From assembly GCA_043228905.1 (NCBI GenBank), contig JBHGNT010000015.1:992001-1056000 (forward strand): 64,000 nt of DNA. Reading direction: 5' to 3'. The notes under the pieces are model-generated. The model searched no databases and had not been told where the DNA came from. It saw nothing but the letters and a program-made list of their open reading frames with translations. A program made the position numbers and the translations under genes. Shown in pieces: positions 46,494-56,466 of this stretch. Each line of letters opens with the position of its first letter. The stretch's first letter is position 1. The stretch is from Azolla caroliniana. Lineage: Eukaryota; Plantae; Polypodiophyta.

Positions 46494-48620
46494 ATGAAGG
46501 GGGCGGATCTTGCAGAGGCCATGGCTTCGGCCGTGGATCGGATAGTAAGCGCGCGCGAGGGCACCGGCGCCCTCGATAGAGCTATTGAGGCGGTCGTCGG
46601 AACGATCGGTCGATTCACCGGAAAGGATGCCACGAAGTACCTGGCGTCCTACAGTGCGGAAATGTTAATGCGGGACATTCCGGAAGACAGGCGTCTTGCC
46701 GGTTTTCCCCGAGTGGCGATGCCGAGCATCCACGCGGAGGTGCTCGAGGTGCGGGCGGAGAGCCGTACCTGGGAGGAGTTCGAAGGTCGGCTCCTGGAGA
46801 AATACGGACTGGACGACGCGCTCCGGCTTTCGAAGCGAAGCTTCATGGAGTGGGTGGAGTCTCCCGGGAAAGGAAGGAATGCGTCGGCACTCCTCCGGGA
46901 GTTCGAGGAGAACTTCGCGCGCCTTTCGGCGCTTGACAGGATGGTCCTGGATACAAGCCGGGTCCTGCTGTTCATCAAATCGGTTGACGAGAGGGATCGG
47001 AGTCACGTGGGCGCCCTGCTAGAAACCGAAGACGGGCTGACAGCCGACTGGACGGCGGTCAAGAGAGCCTGCGGCCGTTTCGACAAACGGCGAGAATGGG
47101 AGGATGACAGAGCAACCGGGTCGGGCTCAGTCGCGGCGAGGAAACTCGAGCTGGCGCAGCCGGTGCGAAGGGGAGAGACTCGGGAGTGGCTGGAATCCGG
47201 TTCAGCTCCGACCGGCGAGATCAGAGGCTCGACTGGAGGAGCTGCGTTGGAGGAACTGACGAGGGCGATAAAAGACCTCCAAATCGCACAAGCCCGCAGA
47301 GAAGGCGGAGGACCTGCTCGTGACCGACGGCCGGCGGCGGGGAACAGGTGCATGTGGTGCGACGGGGTCGGCCACATCCGAAAAGACTGCGGCGATTTCG
47401 CAGAGGCGCTGAGGAACCGGGTGGTGTACCTATGGGAAGGCCGGGTTCACGCCAACGACACGAGAAGGGCCCTAAACCGAAACGACGGGCGAGGCGGAAT
47501 GAAGAGGTTGATGGAAGAGGCGGCGGCCCGACATGCGGAAACCGTCCACTACTCGGCGTCGGCCGGTATTCGAGTCGGGGGCGGCGAGGCCCGAAAGGAA
47601 AGCAAAGCCGGATTCTGGCCGACGATGCTGGAAGGCCTTGCCGGTGCAGGGCTTAAAAGGGAGGAATCGGACCGTGCGGAGAAACGGATACGGGAGATGA
47701 CCGGGTGGAGCGACCTGGTCGAGGAAAAAACGGGCTTCGTGGAAGCCGCTTGCCGGAACTACGAGGCTCTGGTAGAAGAGAAGCGGGTGGGGAAAACCGG
47801 GACGACCGGGCCCTCACAACGATACGAGACCCGGTCCGGGCCACGACGGGACGAAGCCGGCGGGGCCGGTACGCAAGATAAACCCCAGAAGGGCGGGTAC
47901 CGTCTGGGGACGGAGATAGAAAGAACCACGGACTTACGAAAGGTCCTGGAGGAACGGATCCTCGACAGCAAGGTGGAGCTGTCGTTACGAGAGGTGCTGG
48001 GAATCGCCAAGAAGGAGTTCCATGACTCCATCGTGGACTTAGTGAAACGGAAGAGGCTGTCGACGGAGACAGAACCGGAAAGACCGGTGGAAGTGCGGAC
48101 GACGCACCTAGACGACATGGCGCTGGGAGACGAGTGGGCGGAAAGCCACTATTCGAGACCACACTGGGCCCGAGCGACCACAGAAACCCCGGTAAAGATC
48201 GGCGATGTCCAGGAACCAGTGATAGCTTTGGTGGACCACGGATCGGAGATCAATTTGATGTCCATGGACTTCTATAAGAAGGGCAAATGGCCGATCAACA
48301 CCAAGCACGGGTGGAAAATAAGGGCAGCAACGCGCGCCACCGAGGAACTGCACGGGGCCTGTCCGAATGTGCGAGTCAAGATCGGCGACGTCGAGATTGA
48401 CCAGCACTTCTTCGTGTAGGAGACGTCTTCGCATCCCGTCATACTGGGAGAGCCGTACATCACGGCGGCTCGAATGGAGACCAAGGTGCTGGACAACGGT
48501 TCGGCCTATGCGCGGGTCAAGAGCCAGGACGGGCGCCATTCGGTCCAGTTTTTGACGGTCAGGCCGAACCACGAGCGTAACCGCGACTCCCTCGGCTCCG
48601 ATAACCGAGAGGATTTTTAA
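46494..48620 (+). pseudogene. Gag-protease of copy B with a premature stop
   Basis: Nearly identical to copy A but CAG>TAG at 48417-48419 (FFVQ>FFV*); the normal stop is at 48618-48620. Confidence 0.9.
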
Positions 48621-48844
48621 AGAGGGCTGCCAAGGCGTGGGGCCGCGACAGTCCGGACACCCCGGGAAAACCCCACACCTGTACGATAAAACCGAAGAAA
48701 CCTTGTATCATAGGTAGGGAATTTTGGTTCTCCGACAGCGGAGCGTGTACGATAGTCGGCATCGGCGGCCGAGAGAAGACAAAGGCGGAGGGGAGACTTC
48801 GAGCGTGCGGAGTTCTCGGCCCGGACGAGGAAATCAACGGAGCC

Positions 48845-51800
48845 GTGGAGGCGGTCTCATTCGACGACACCATGGGAATGCTGAAAAAGGTAGTCGAAGA
48901 AGGCCTTAACGAAGACCGGACGATACCGGTGTGTTCCGAGGAGATGTACGAAGTCATCGCGGACTTCGGTCGAGGGCTCGAGTCAGTTCGGACGGCCCAC
49001 GTAAGCACCAAGTACAAGACTGTGGACCGGAAGGTAAGGCCAGTCGCGGCACCCTTACCGGAGGACAGCGCGTCGAGAATCAAAGGGGTTGCATCGGACC
49101 CTAGTCTACGAGATCCGGCCTGCATAGGGCACACCTTCACCGACGAGACGCTCCGAGAGCTCAAAATCGGTGGGGGCGGGTTCCTACTGCCGGCGGAGGA
49201 AGACCGGTTTCGGAGGATGCTCGGAAGGCACGGGAAAGCCTTCGCATTCTCACCGGAAGAAATCGGGTGCGTAGACCCGACGATCGTAGAGCCGATGGTG
49301 ATATTCACGGTACCGCATGTACCGTGGAATCTCAAGCCAATTCCGGTTCCGAGAGCTCACATCCCGAAGCTGATGGAGCTGTTGAAGCAGAAAGTTGAGA
49401 TGGGCATTCTCGAGCCGTCGAGCGCCCCGTACTCGAACCGGTGGTTTACCGTGCCAAAGAAAAACGGATCATTGCGCTTCATTCAGGACCTGCAACCGGT
49501 CAATAGGGTGACCATCCGGAACGCAGGGATCGGACCGACCGTAGACGAGTTCGCGGAGGCCTTCGCCGGAAGGTCGATTTACTCGGTCGGTGATCTATAT
49601 TCAGGGTACGACCAATTCCAGCTAGCCGTGGAGAGCAGAGACATTACGACGATGCGAACTCCCCTCGGCCTAGTTCGGATGTGTACACTGCCGCAAGGAG
49701 GGACCAACTCGGTGGCCCACATGGTGAATGCGATGAACAAGGTTCTGAAGAACTGTATCCCGGACATCACCATGCCGTTTCTGGACGACATCCCGATCAA
49801 GGGATGCCCGGTGGAAGAAAAGGACGAGACGATCGGGCCGGACGGATGCCGGCGATTCGTGGCGACGCACATCGACGACTGCGAGAAGGTGCTGCAAAGG
49901 CTAGAGGATGCGAGACTCACCTTCTCGGGGGAGAAGTCAGCATTCGGGCAGTCGGAAATCATGGTGGTCGGACATTTATGTGGACCATATGGCCGGAAAC
50001 CGTCTCCGGCAAAGATAGAAGCCATCTCCGCGATGAAGCCTGAATGCAGCTCGGTCACGGAAGTACGAAGATTCTTGGGAGCATGCGCCTTCTACCACAT
50101 ATGGATCCCGCATTACGCGCACGTCGCGGAGCCACTGTACGGGTTGCTGAAAAAGGGGCGAAGGTTCGAATGGCTAGACGAGCATGCGGAATCGGTCCGG
50201 AAGCTGAAAGAGGCCCTTGCAGCGGCACCGGCACTCCGGAAGGCGGTATACGGGAAGGGTACCCCGGTATTCATAACGGTGGATACCAGTCCGACCGGGA
50301 TCGGATGGGTCGTGAACCAGGAAGACGAGGACGGCAATCGGTTTCCGATCCGATTCGGCGCGAAAGTCCTCAGTAAACGGCAACGAGGATACGCCCAGGT
50401 TAAACGCGAACTCTGGGGTATTGTTTCGGCGGTTAAGGCCGACAAAGACTACCTGATAGGGACAGAAGTGATCATCGAGACGGATTGCCTGCCGATTCTC
50501 GGTATGGTTTCCGGATGCGCGACTCCGGACCTGGCGATGCTCAGGTGGATAGCGTACATCAAGTCCCTGGACCCGGAAATACGACACGTTTCCGGGAAAG
50601 ACAACGCCATGGCCGACATGCTTTCGAGGGCGAGGTTCGACGACGAGGGCGGCATGGTTTCGGAAGACGAAGAAGTCGGCGTGGATTTCTTCGAGGCGGC
50701 ATACATAACGACCGACGGGATGAGCACTCCGGCGCTTAACGAGTTCGACGCGAGCAAGTACGACGGGGAGTGGCTGCAGATTGGCGGGTTTTTGAAGACA
50801 ATGACGCCCGATGCGTCATGGACGAAGGACGAGGCCAACCGGATCCGGAAGAAAGCATATCGATTCTTTCTCCGAGATGGGCATTTGTGGAGGCACCCGA
50901 AGAAGAGGAACGGCGTCCCGCTCCGGGTGGTGGCGATGAAGGAAGAACAGGAGGAGCTACTGGCGGCCTACCACGACAGCCCTTGGGCTGGACACCGTGG
51001 AACGTGGGCGACGTTTGAGAAGCTGAAGGGGAAGTACTGGTGGCCGGGATTGTACCGGGACGTGCATCGGTTCGTGTCAACTTGCGAGAGTTGTCAGATG
51101 CACTCGATAGTCCGACACCGGGACGGGCTTCACCCTACGTACCCTCCGACTATCCACTTCAAATGGATGGTAGATCTGGTGACGATGCCGATGGGGGTAG
51201 GACAGATGCGGTATCTGGTGCTAGCGCGGGAAGACCTGACGAACCAGGTGGAAGGCCGAGCCCTTCAGAACAAGACGACCGCGGCCGTGTGTCGGTTCCT
51301 GATCGAGGACGTGATATGCCGGTACGGGTGCGTCGGGAAGATCGTGGCTGACCGAGGGGAGTTGGACGCCGAGGAAGCCGCGGAGCTGTTCGATCGGCTG
51401 GGAGTCAAACTCTCGCTCACCATTGCGTACAACCCGGAGGCGAATGGAAAGGTGGAGCGCGGACACGGGCCGATCGTTAAGGCGCTGGTTCGGGCATGCG
51501 GAGGCCAAGTCGGCAACTGGCCGCGACTTCTACCTTATGCTTTGTGGGCAGACCGGACCACGCACAGTTCGGTAACCGGGTACATGCCGACGGAGCTCAT
51601 GTTCGGCCAGAAGCCGATCATGCCGATTGAACGGACGATCTCCTCGTGGGCAGCGGTCGACTGGCGGGACGAGATGAGCCGGGAGGAGTTATTGGCCGCA
51701 CGTATACGACAGCTCGAGCGGAGACCGGAGGACGTGGCACTGGCTACGGAGAAGCTCCGGGTGGCGAGGACAAAGAACAAAGCCCGGTTCGACCGAACGC

Positions 51801-52108
51801 ACCGGCTACGACCGGAGAAAATCGACGAAGGTGACTGGGTGCTCGTCTACGACAGCAGCCTCGACAACCAGCACCGAGCAACGCGGAAGTTCGCACGGAG
51901 ATGGTTCGGGCCGTACACGGTGCAGAGCGCCAACGACAACGGGACATATCATCTGGCGGAACTCGACGGTACGAGAATAGCGATACCCGTGGCCGGGAAG
52001 AGGATCAAAGCTTTCAAGAAGCGGCACGACGACGAACCCGACCCGATTCTCCTGGACAGCAGCGACGACCGATCCGAGGCCGAGGAAGGGCCGGCAGGCG
52101 AAGAGTAA
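48845..52108 (+). CDS. Pol (RT-RNase H-integrase) of copy B
   Basis: 1087-aa ORF nearly identical to copy A pol; lies in the -1 frame relative to gag. Confidence 0.9.
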   Translation: MEAVSFDDTMGMLKKVVEEGLNEDRTIPVCSEEMYEVIADFGRGLESVRTAHVSTKYKTVDRKVRPVAAPLPEDSASRIKGVASDPSLRDPACIGHTFTDETLRELKIGGGGFLLPAEEDRFRRMLGRHGKAFAFSPEEIGCVDPTIVEPMVIFTVPHVPWNLKPIPVPRAHIPKLMELLKQKVEMGILEPSSAPYSNRWFTVPKKNGSLRFIQDLQPVNRVTIRNAGIGPTVDEFAEAFAGRSIYSVGDLYSGYDQFQLAVESRDITTMRTPLGLVRMCTLPQGGTNSVAHMVNAMNKVLKNCIPDITMPFLDDIPIKGCPVEEKDETIGPDGCRRFVATHIDDCEKVLQRLEDARLTFSGEKSAFGQSEIMVVGHLCGPYGRKPSPAKIEAISAMKPECSSVTEVRRFLGACAFYHIWIPHYAHVAEPLYGLLKKGRRFEWLDEHAESVRKLKEALAAAPALRKAVYGKGTPVFITVDTSPTGIGWVVNQEDEDGNRFPIRFGAKVLSKRQRGYAQVKRELWGIVSAVKADKDYLIGTEVIIETDCLPILGMVSGCATPDLAMLRWIAYIKSLDPEIRHVSGKDNAMADMLSRARFDDEGGMVSEDEEVGVDFFEAAYITTDGMSTPALNEFDASKYDGEWLQIGGFLKTMTPDASWTKDEANRIRKKAYRFFLRDGHLWRHPKKRNGVPLRVVAMKEEQEELLAAYHDSPWAGHRGTWATFEKLKGKYWWPGLYRDVHRFVSTCESCQMHSIVRHRDGLHPTYPPTIHFKWMVDLVTMPMGVGQMRYLVLAREDLTNQVEGRALQNKTTAAVCRFLIEDVICRYGCVGKIVADRGELDAEEAAELFDRLGVKLSLTIAYNPEANGKVERGHGPIVKALVRACGGQVGNWPRLLPYALWADRTTHSSVTGYMPTELMFGQKPIMPIERTISSWAAVDWRDEMSREELLAARIRQLERRPEDVALATEKLRVARTKNKARFDRTHRLRPEKIDEGDWVLVYDSSLDNQHRATRKFARRWFGPYTVQSANDNGTYHLAELDGTRIAIPVAGKRIKAFKKRHDDEPDPILLDSSDDRSEAEEGPAGEE

Positions 52109-53404
52109 AGGCGGGCCGGTTTTCTCCGTGCCAACTTAACTTGGCGCATGCCGGTGGATGCGCGGTTAGGTGGGGGCGGATGTCGTGAAGAAAACCGCCC
52201 ACGAGAGGAATCGGAGGAACAAGGCGTGGGAAACGGCTCTACACACACGCGCGCGCCAAGAAGTACCTAAGGACGAAGTGGGTACATACGAGGATCGGAG
52301 GGGGAAGATTCGTTTGGTATGCAGTTAATGCCAAACGGCCTCTTGACGGGCAATAAAAAGGAAGAGGAAGAGGAGACAGGGGGAATCTCGCGCGGAGAGG
52401 ACGAAGTGCTGCCGAACCGACTTCGGAGCTTCTCTCTCACTCCTGCTTTCTCTGTCTTCTGCTCCATCGCGTACCTGTGCAGGTTTCGAGGAGGCTTGCG
52501 CTGTTCCGTGGAACGCCCCGAGTGCGTCCTGCAGCACCTCCGACCTGATTTCCCTTTCTGTGCGTCAAGACATACAGGGGGGTCGGCATCTGTTCGCCGC
52601 CCTGTTCGTTTTCGTTAGTATCTATTTCGTGCCCCACCGTGGGTTGTAATACTTTAGTCTGTTATTTTCTTGCATTCATAAGTACATATCTTTCGTTGTT
52701 GCGTCCATCTGCGTCGGCTTTATTTGTGATCTCTGTTTGTTGGGCCGTGTCCCTGTGCAATTGCCGGTTCTGCGCAATCGGATCTTCGGTTCTGTGTAAT
52801 CGGGTCTCTCTCTCTTACTCCTCTCTCTCTTGCTCTTCGGTTCAAGACCCCCGTGGTCCCTCCTCCTTTCTACACGCAAGGGCGTAGCAACCCCGACAAC
52901 GGGCGTGCCAGGTGTTGTCCATAGGCAGAAATATAAATTAATTAAATGTAATACGTCGGTAGGTAAGGCGAGTAGGTAAGGTAGAGTTAGGTAAATGCCG
53001 AGTTTCGAGCCTCACAGTCAGCCGACCGCTCGGCTCTGTATGAAGAAAAAAGAAAAAGTATATAAACCGAGGTCTACGTACCTCAGCAGGGGGGAGATAT
53101 CTAGAGCCTAGGCGAGGTCGTTTCATAATTATAAGAGCTTTGTAAGGTCACTGGTTGTGAGCCGTGTTTTTGTAATCATCGCTAACTGTTTGCAGTAATA
53201 CATATCTATTAGCTCTTATTGTTTTCATCTGTGGGCCGTTGTTTCTAAGGTCTCAACTACGTATACGACCTGGGCTCTATTCCAGGTATGCTCTCCGTTT
53301 TCTTCCCCTAACGATGCCTCCATGTGCAAGTCTTCACGTTACACTTCCGTTGATACCGATAGCTTGTAGGCATATCAAAGGTGTTTCCAACATAACGGTT
53401 AACA

Positions 53405-54687
53405 CCACCCAATTTAATCTTGTCCTTCCTCCCAGCATATATACCATAATAATACTTAATCAAGGGGTTCCATCAAATTGGTTGCCTTTTCCACTCGTCC
53501 TCCCATATAGAATGTTTATGCACAAGATTAGGCAACAAACATTTCCAAGCTCTTAGCAAAGAGTCAAAAAATTTATCCAAAGTGAAAATGGAAGTCAAAG
53601 GCATATCCTCGTGCACAAACCACCACCTCACATTTTGCTTCCAATGTCCGCCACTAAACAAAACCAATTCCTTCATACGTTCATGAAGTAACAACTTCCA
53701 TGGCTCATTCCCTAGTAGCATACTTCTCACAATAAATTTCCCGAGTAATACTTTACATTGAAACATTGGGTCTATCAACCCTAATCCACCCTCATGAGGA
53801 GGAGATATTATCACCTTCCACACAACTTTAGATCTTGCATTTGCATCAAATGCACCCCATAAGAAATTGCGGACAAGCCTCAATACCTGAGAGAAAACAA
53901 ATCTTGAAAACAACCAAGATGGAAGGATATACCGCATCGAAGACAGAAGCACTTGATTAGCAGTTACAATTCTTCTAGCCAATGATAAATGCCTAGAAGA
54001 CCAAAACAACAATTTCTTCTTCAATGACATCAACAAAGGGGTAATAAGTTGATCATGTATAATATCAACACCAATTTGACAACCAAGATATCATACTGAC
54101 CTCCCATATTGAAGCCATTGAAAATACGATGGGGCAACCAATGTGGACTCTATTATTCTTTATTCTTATTCCAATTGATAATAGCACCTAATCGCTCACA
54201 AAACTCTTGCACCACGCATTGAACATTACGTAAATTTTGTCTTCCCCATCCACATATAATGTTGTGTCATCAGCAAATTCATTATCAAGCACTTGCTTAT
54301 TATCAAATCCCCATTGCAAACCTTTAATTCTTAAGGCATGATTATTAAAATACACATGAAAAGCCTCAACTATTAATAAGTATAGGAAAGGGGCCAAGGG
54401 ACACCCTTGCCTAGCCGGCCTTGAAATAGAGAAGGGAGTTTCAACTTCCCCCGTCACATATACGAAACTAGACACACTCTTATACAAGGCTTTGACCACC
54501 ACTACCCAAGCCATCGGAAATCCTAGCCATAAGATAACATCCTCGAGAAAATACCAATCAACTCTATCGTATGCCTTTTCGAAGTCCAACAATAACACCA
54601 CTAGGTTAGCATCCTTCTCTTTTGTCAAAGTTGTAAGCTCCCAAAACATGAAAATATTATCAAAAATAGAACGCTCTTGAAAATATG
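53405..54687 (-). mobile_element. L1 LINE 5' part (RT domain, disrupted)
   Basis: ERSIFDNIF..LDFEKAYDRVDW..RQGCPLAP..EFADD and LKKKLLFW..GGLGLIDP; related to the LINE at 7421-11139. Confidence 0.88.
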
Positions 54688-54699
54688 GTATGTTAAGTG

Positions 54700-56270
54700 T
54701 TTTACAACTATGGTAATGATATAACATAAAACTTTCCCTTTTTCTTGAGTACAACCACAAGCAAACTAAGCCACAAGTAGTCTTCTCGATGGGCCGAATA
54801 AAATCAACATGAAGAAGCTCATTGAGCTCCTTCTTTATGCAGTCATCATAGTTAGGGTTTTGTACCTGCAATGTTGAATTGTGATCACATTTGCCTTGAG
54901 TTGGAGCTTGTGTTGGTTGAAGTGTGTGTTCAAAGCCTACATGTCTTTTTATAACCATGTGAACACATCCTTGCAATAATCAAAGGCTAAACAAGTTGGC
55001 ATTAGAACAATAGATTCAAGCCCTTCTTAATTCTCCACCAAGACCAATTTGACTTCTTCCAATTTTGTTGTATGCACATAGTTAGACACTTACATTTCAT
55101 GGTCCTACATTGTTAGCTAGAAATATTCATCAAAACTGTGTGCTTGTGTATGGAACTATGTGCCATAGGATTCCAAGTCTCATGGTTTGATGGAGTTCGA
55201 CCAAGAAATCTATAAGGGTTCCGTTGAGGGCCCTATAGTAGAGCCAATTGTGTCACCAATGCTTGGTCCCACTCTCTGGGATCATGGTGTGTTGATGGCC
55301 ATTGCACTCACCTTTGCCCAAATTTTGCTATATTAGGAAGTCACCTTCTATATATCAACATCAAATAAACGGACCACTTGAGGGCATTGGGCCAAATACA
55401 CATGTTTGTCTTGCATCTTCCATATCATTCACCATATTGAAGACCTTTATTTCCTACAAGGTGGTCATTGAGTTATGTTGGGGTCTTCATTGAATAGAGG
55501 GTTTGACTTCATTTTCCCCGACCAAATTGGTGTTATCAATCATATTGATTTTGCCATGTACAATGAGGGCCTACTTAGGAGGAGTGGATAGGTGTTGGTG
55601 TCAATCGAGCAAAGAATGACAAAAGAAATTTGAAATAGGTACTCGTTGGCATGGATTTTGAGATCCTTGATCAAGCTTGGTAGTTTTTTGGCGCATCCAT
55701 TTGCCTCCGAAGGAAGAAAGGGCAAGTTTCCCATGTGGTGAGACCCAACCCAATGTGCTCGTCAATAATGTTAATGCTAGAGCGGTAGTGGATTACAACC
55801 TCTAAGACATCAAACCAATTGATATAGAGGTTAAGAGTTGGGGAGTACACATCCAATACTAGAGAACTAGTGGTGGGGTTTGTGAATGCCACATCAAGGG
55901 ATACTTCCTTTGTGGGAGAGGCAATTGCCGAGGGAGTGATGCATGATGAGTTGGATATCATTTAGGATGATTGAGAGAACCTAACAAACTTTGACCATAT
56001 GGTTGCTCTCATCGATTTCTACTACAATGTCATTGATGGCTATGGGTGGGAACGCTCTTCATCTTGGCTTCCGAGGCCCAACTTTGGTGCTAGTTATACC
56101 AATATGATCAACCATTCTGTGGTGGCTTCAAGGGATTATGACAATCTCCATCTTTGTGATGATCTCGAGGATCCCAACATAGAAAACATCACAATATCCA
56201 CTTCCATTTTCTAATAAGCTTCTTCCTTTGATAGTCCCAAGTTCCAACCTCTTTATCTTCTTTAGCACCT
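54700..56270 (-). mobile_element. Highly degenerate Ty3/gypsy remnant (protease, RT N-terminus)
   Basis: NPNYDDCIKKELNELLHVDFIRPIEK; WETCPFFLR..YPLLLSRP resembles the protease region at 41850-42100. Confidence 0.6.
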
Positions 56271-56414
56271 TCTTATTTAAATGTCAATAACATGCCATAT
56301 GTACAAGCTATCCAGTTACTTCTTCTTTTTGTTACTTACTACATGCAATATGTATAAACTATCCTATTACTTCTTTTTACTACATCGAGTATATTTATTT
56401 ATTTAAATATTTAT

Positions 56415-56416
<2 letters not shown>

Positions 56417-56464
<48 letters not shown>
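56417..56464. repeat. (GT)n microsatellite
   Basis: Directly visible. Confidence 0.95.

Positions 56465-56466
<2 letters not shown>

Larger units (their letters stand above)
45733..52898 (+). mobile_element. Young Ty3/gypsy element (Ylt1/fungal-like), copy B
   Basis: 718-bp LTRs 45733-46450 and 52181-52898 (about 1 mismatch seen); 4-bp TSD ACGG; PBS TGGTGAACCCGACGTGAA at 46454-46471; PPT before 52181. Confidence 0.95.
32776..53404 (+). mobile_element. Rearranged non-chromovirus Ty3/gypsy element (gag, Zn knuckle, protease, extra Pro-rich ORF, LTR-like end) hosting two younger insertions
   Basis: gag-like ..MRQEPHETVAQFTIRF and CFKCNQPGRYATQC; VTTR|SKAQ is rejoined across copy A; protease IIDGGSGVNVI; RT/IN missing; LTR-like end ..GGTTAACA at 53404. 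Confidence 0.65.

Noticed and set aside
35012-52887. Numerous 60-260 aa overlapping or antisense ORFs in the young Ty3 copies and their LTRs
   Set aside because: Shadow ORFs expected from GC-rich coding sequence; no recognisable motifs.
34302-52898. Giant TIR or composite transposon formed by copies A and B
   Set aside because: Each copy has its own LTR pair and distinct TSD, so these are independent insertions.
54188-54976. Single 262-aa ORF joining Ty3 RT-like and LINE RT sequence
   Set aside because: Chance read-through across the LINE 5' truncation junction at about 54688, not a fusion gene.
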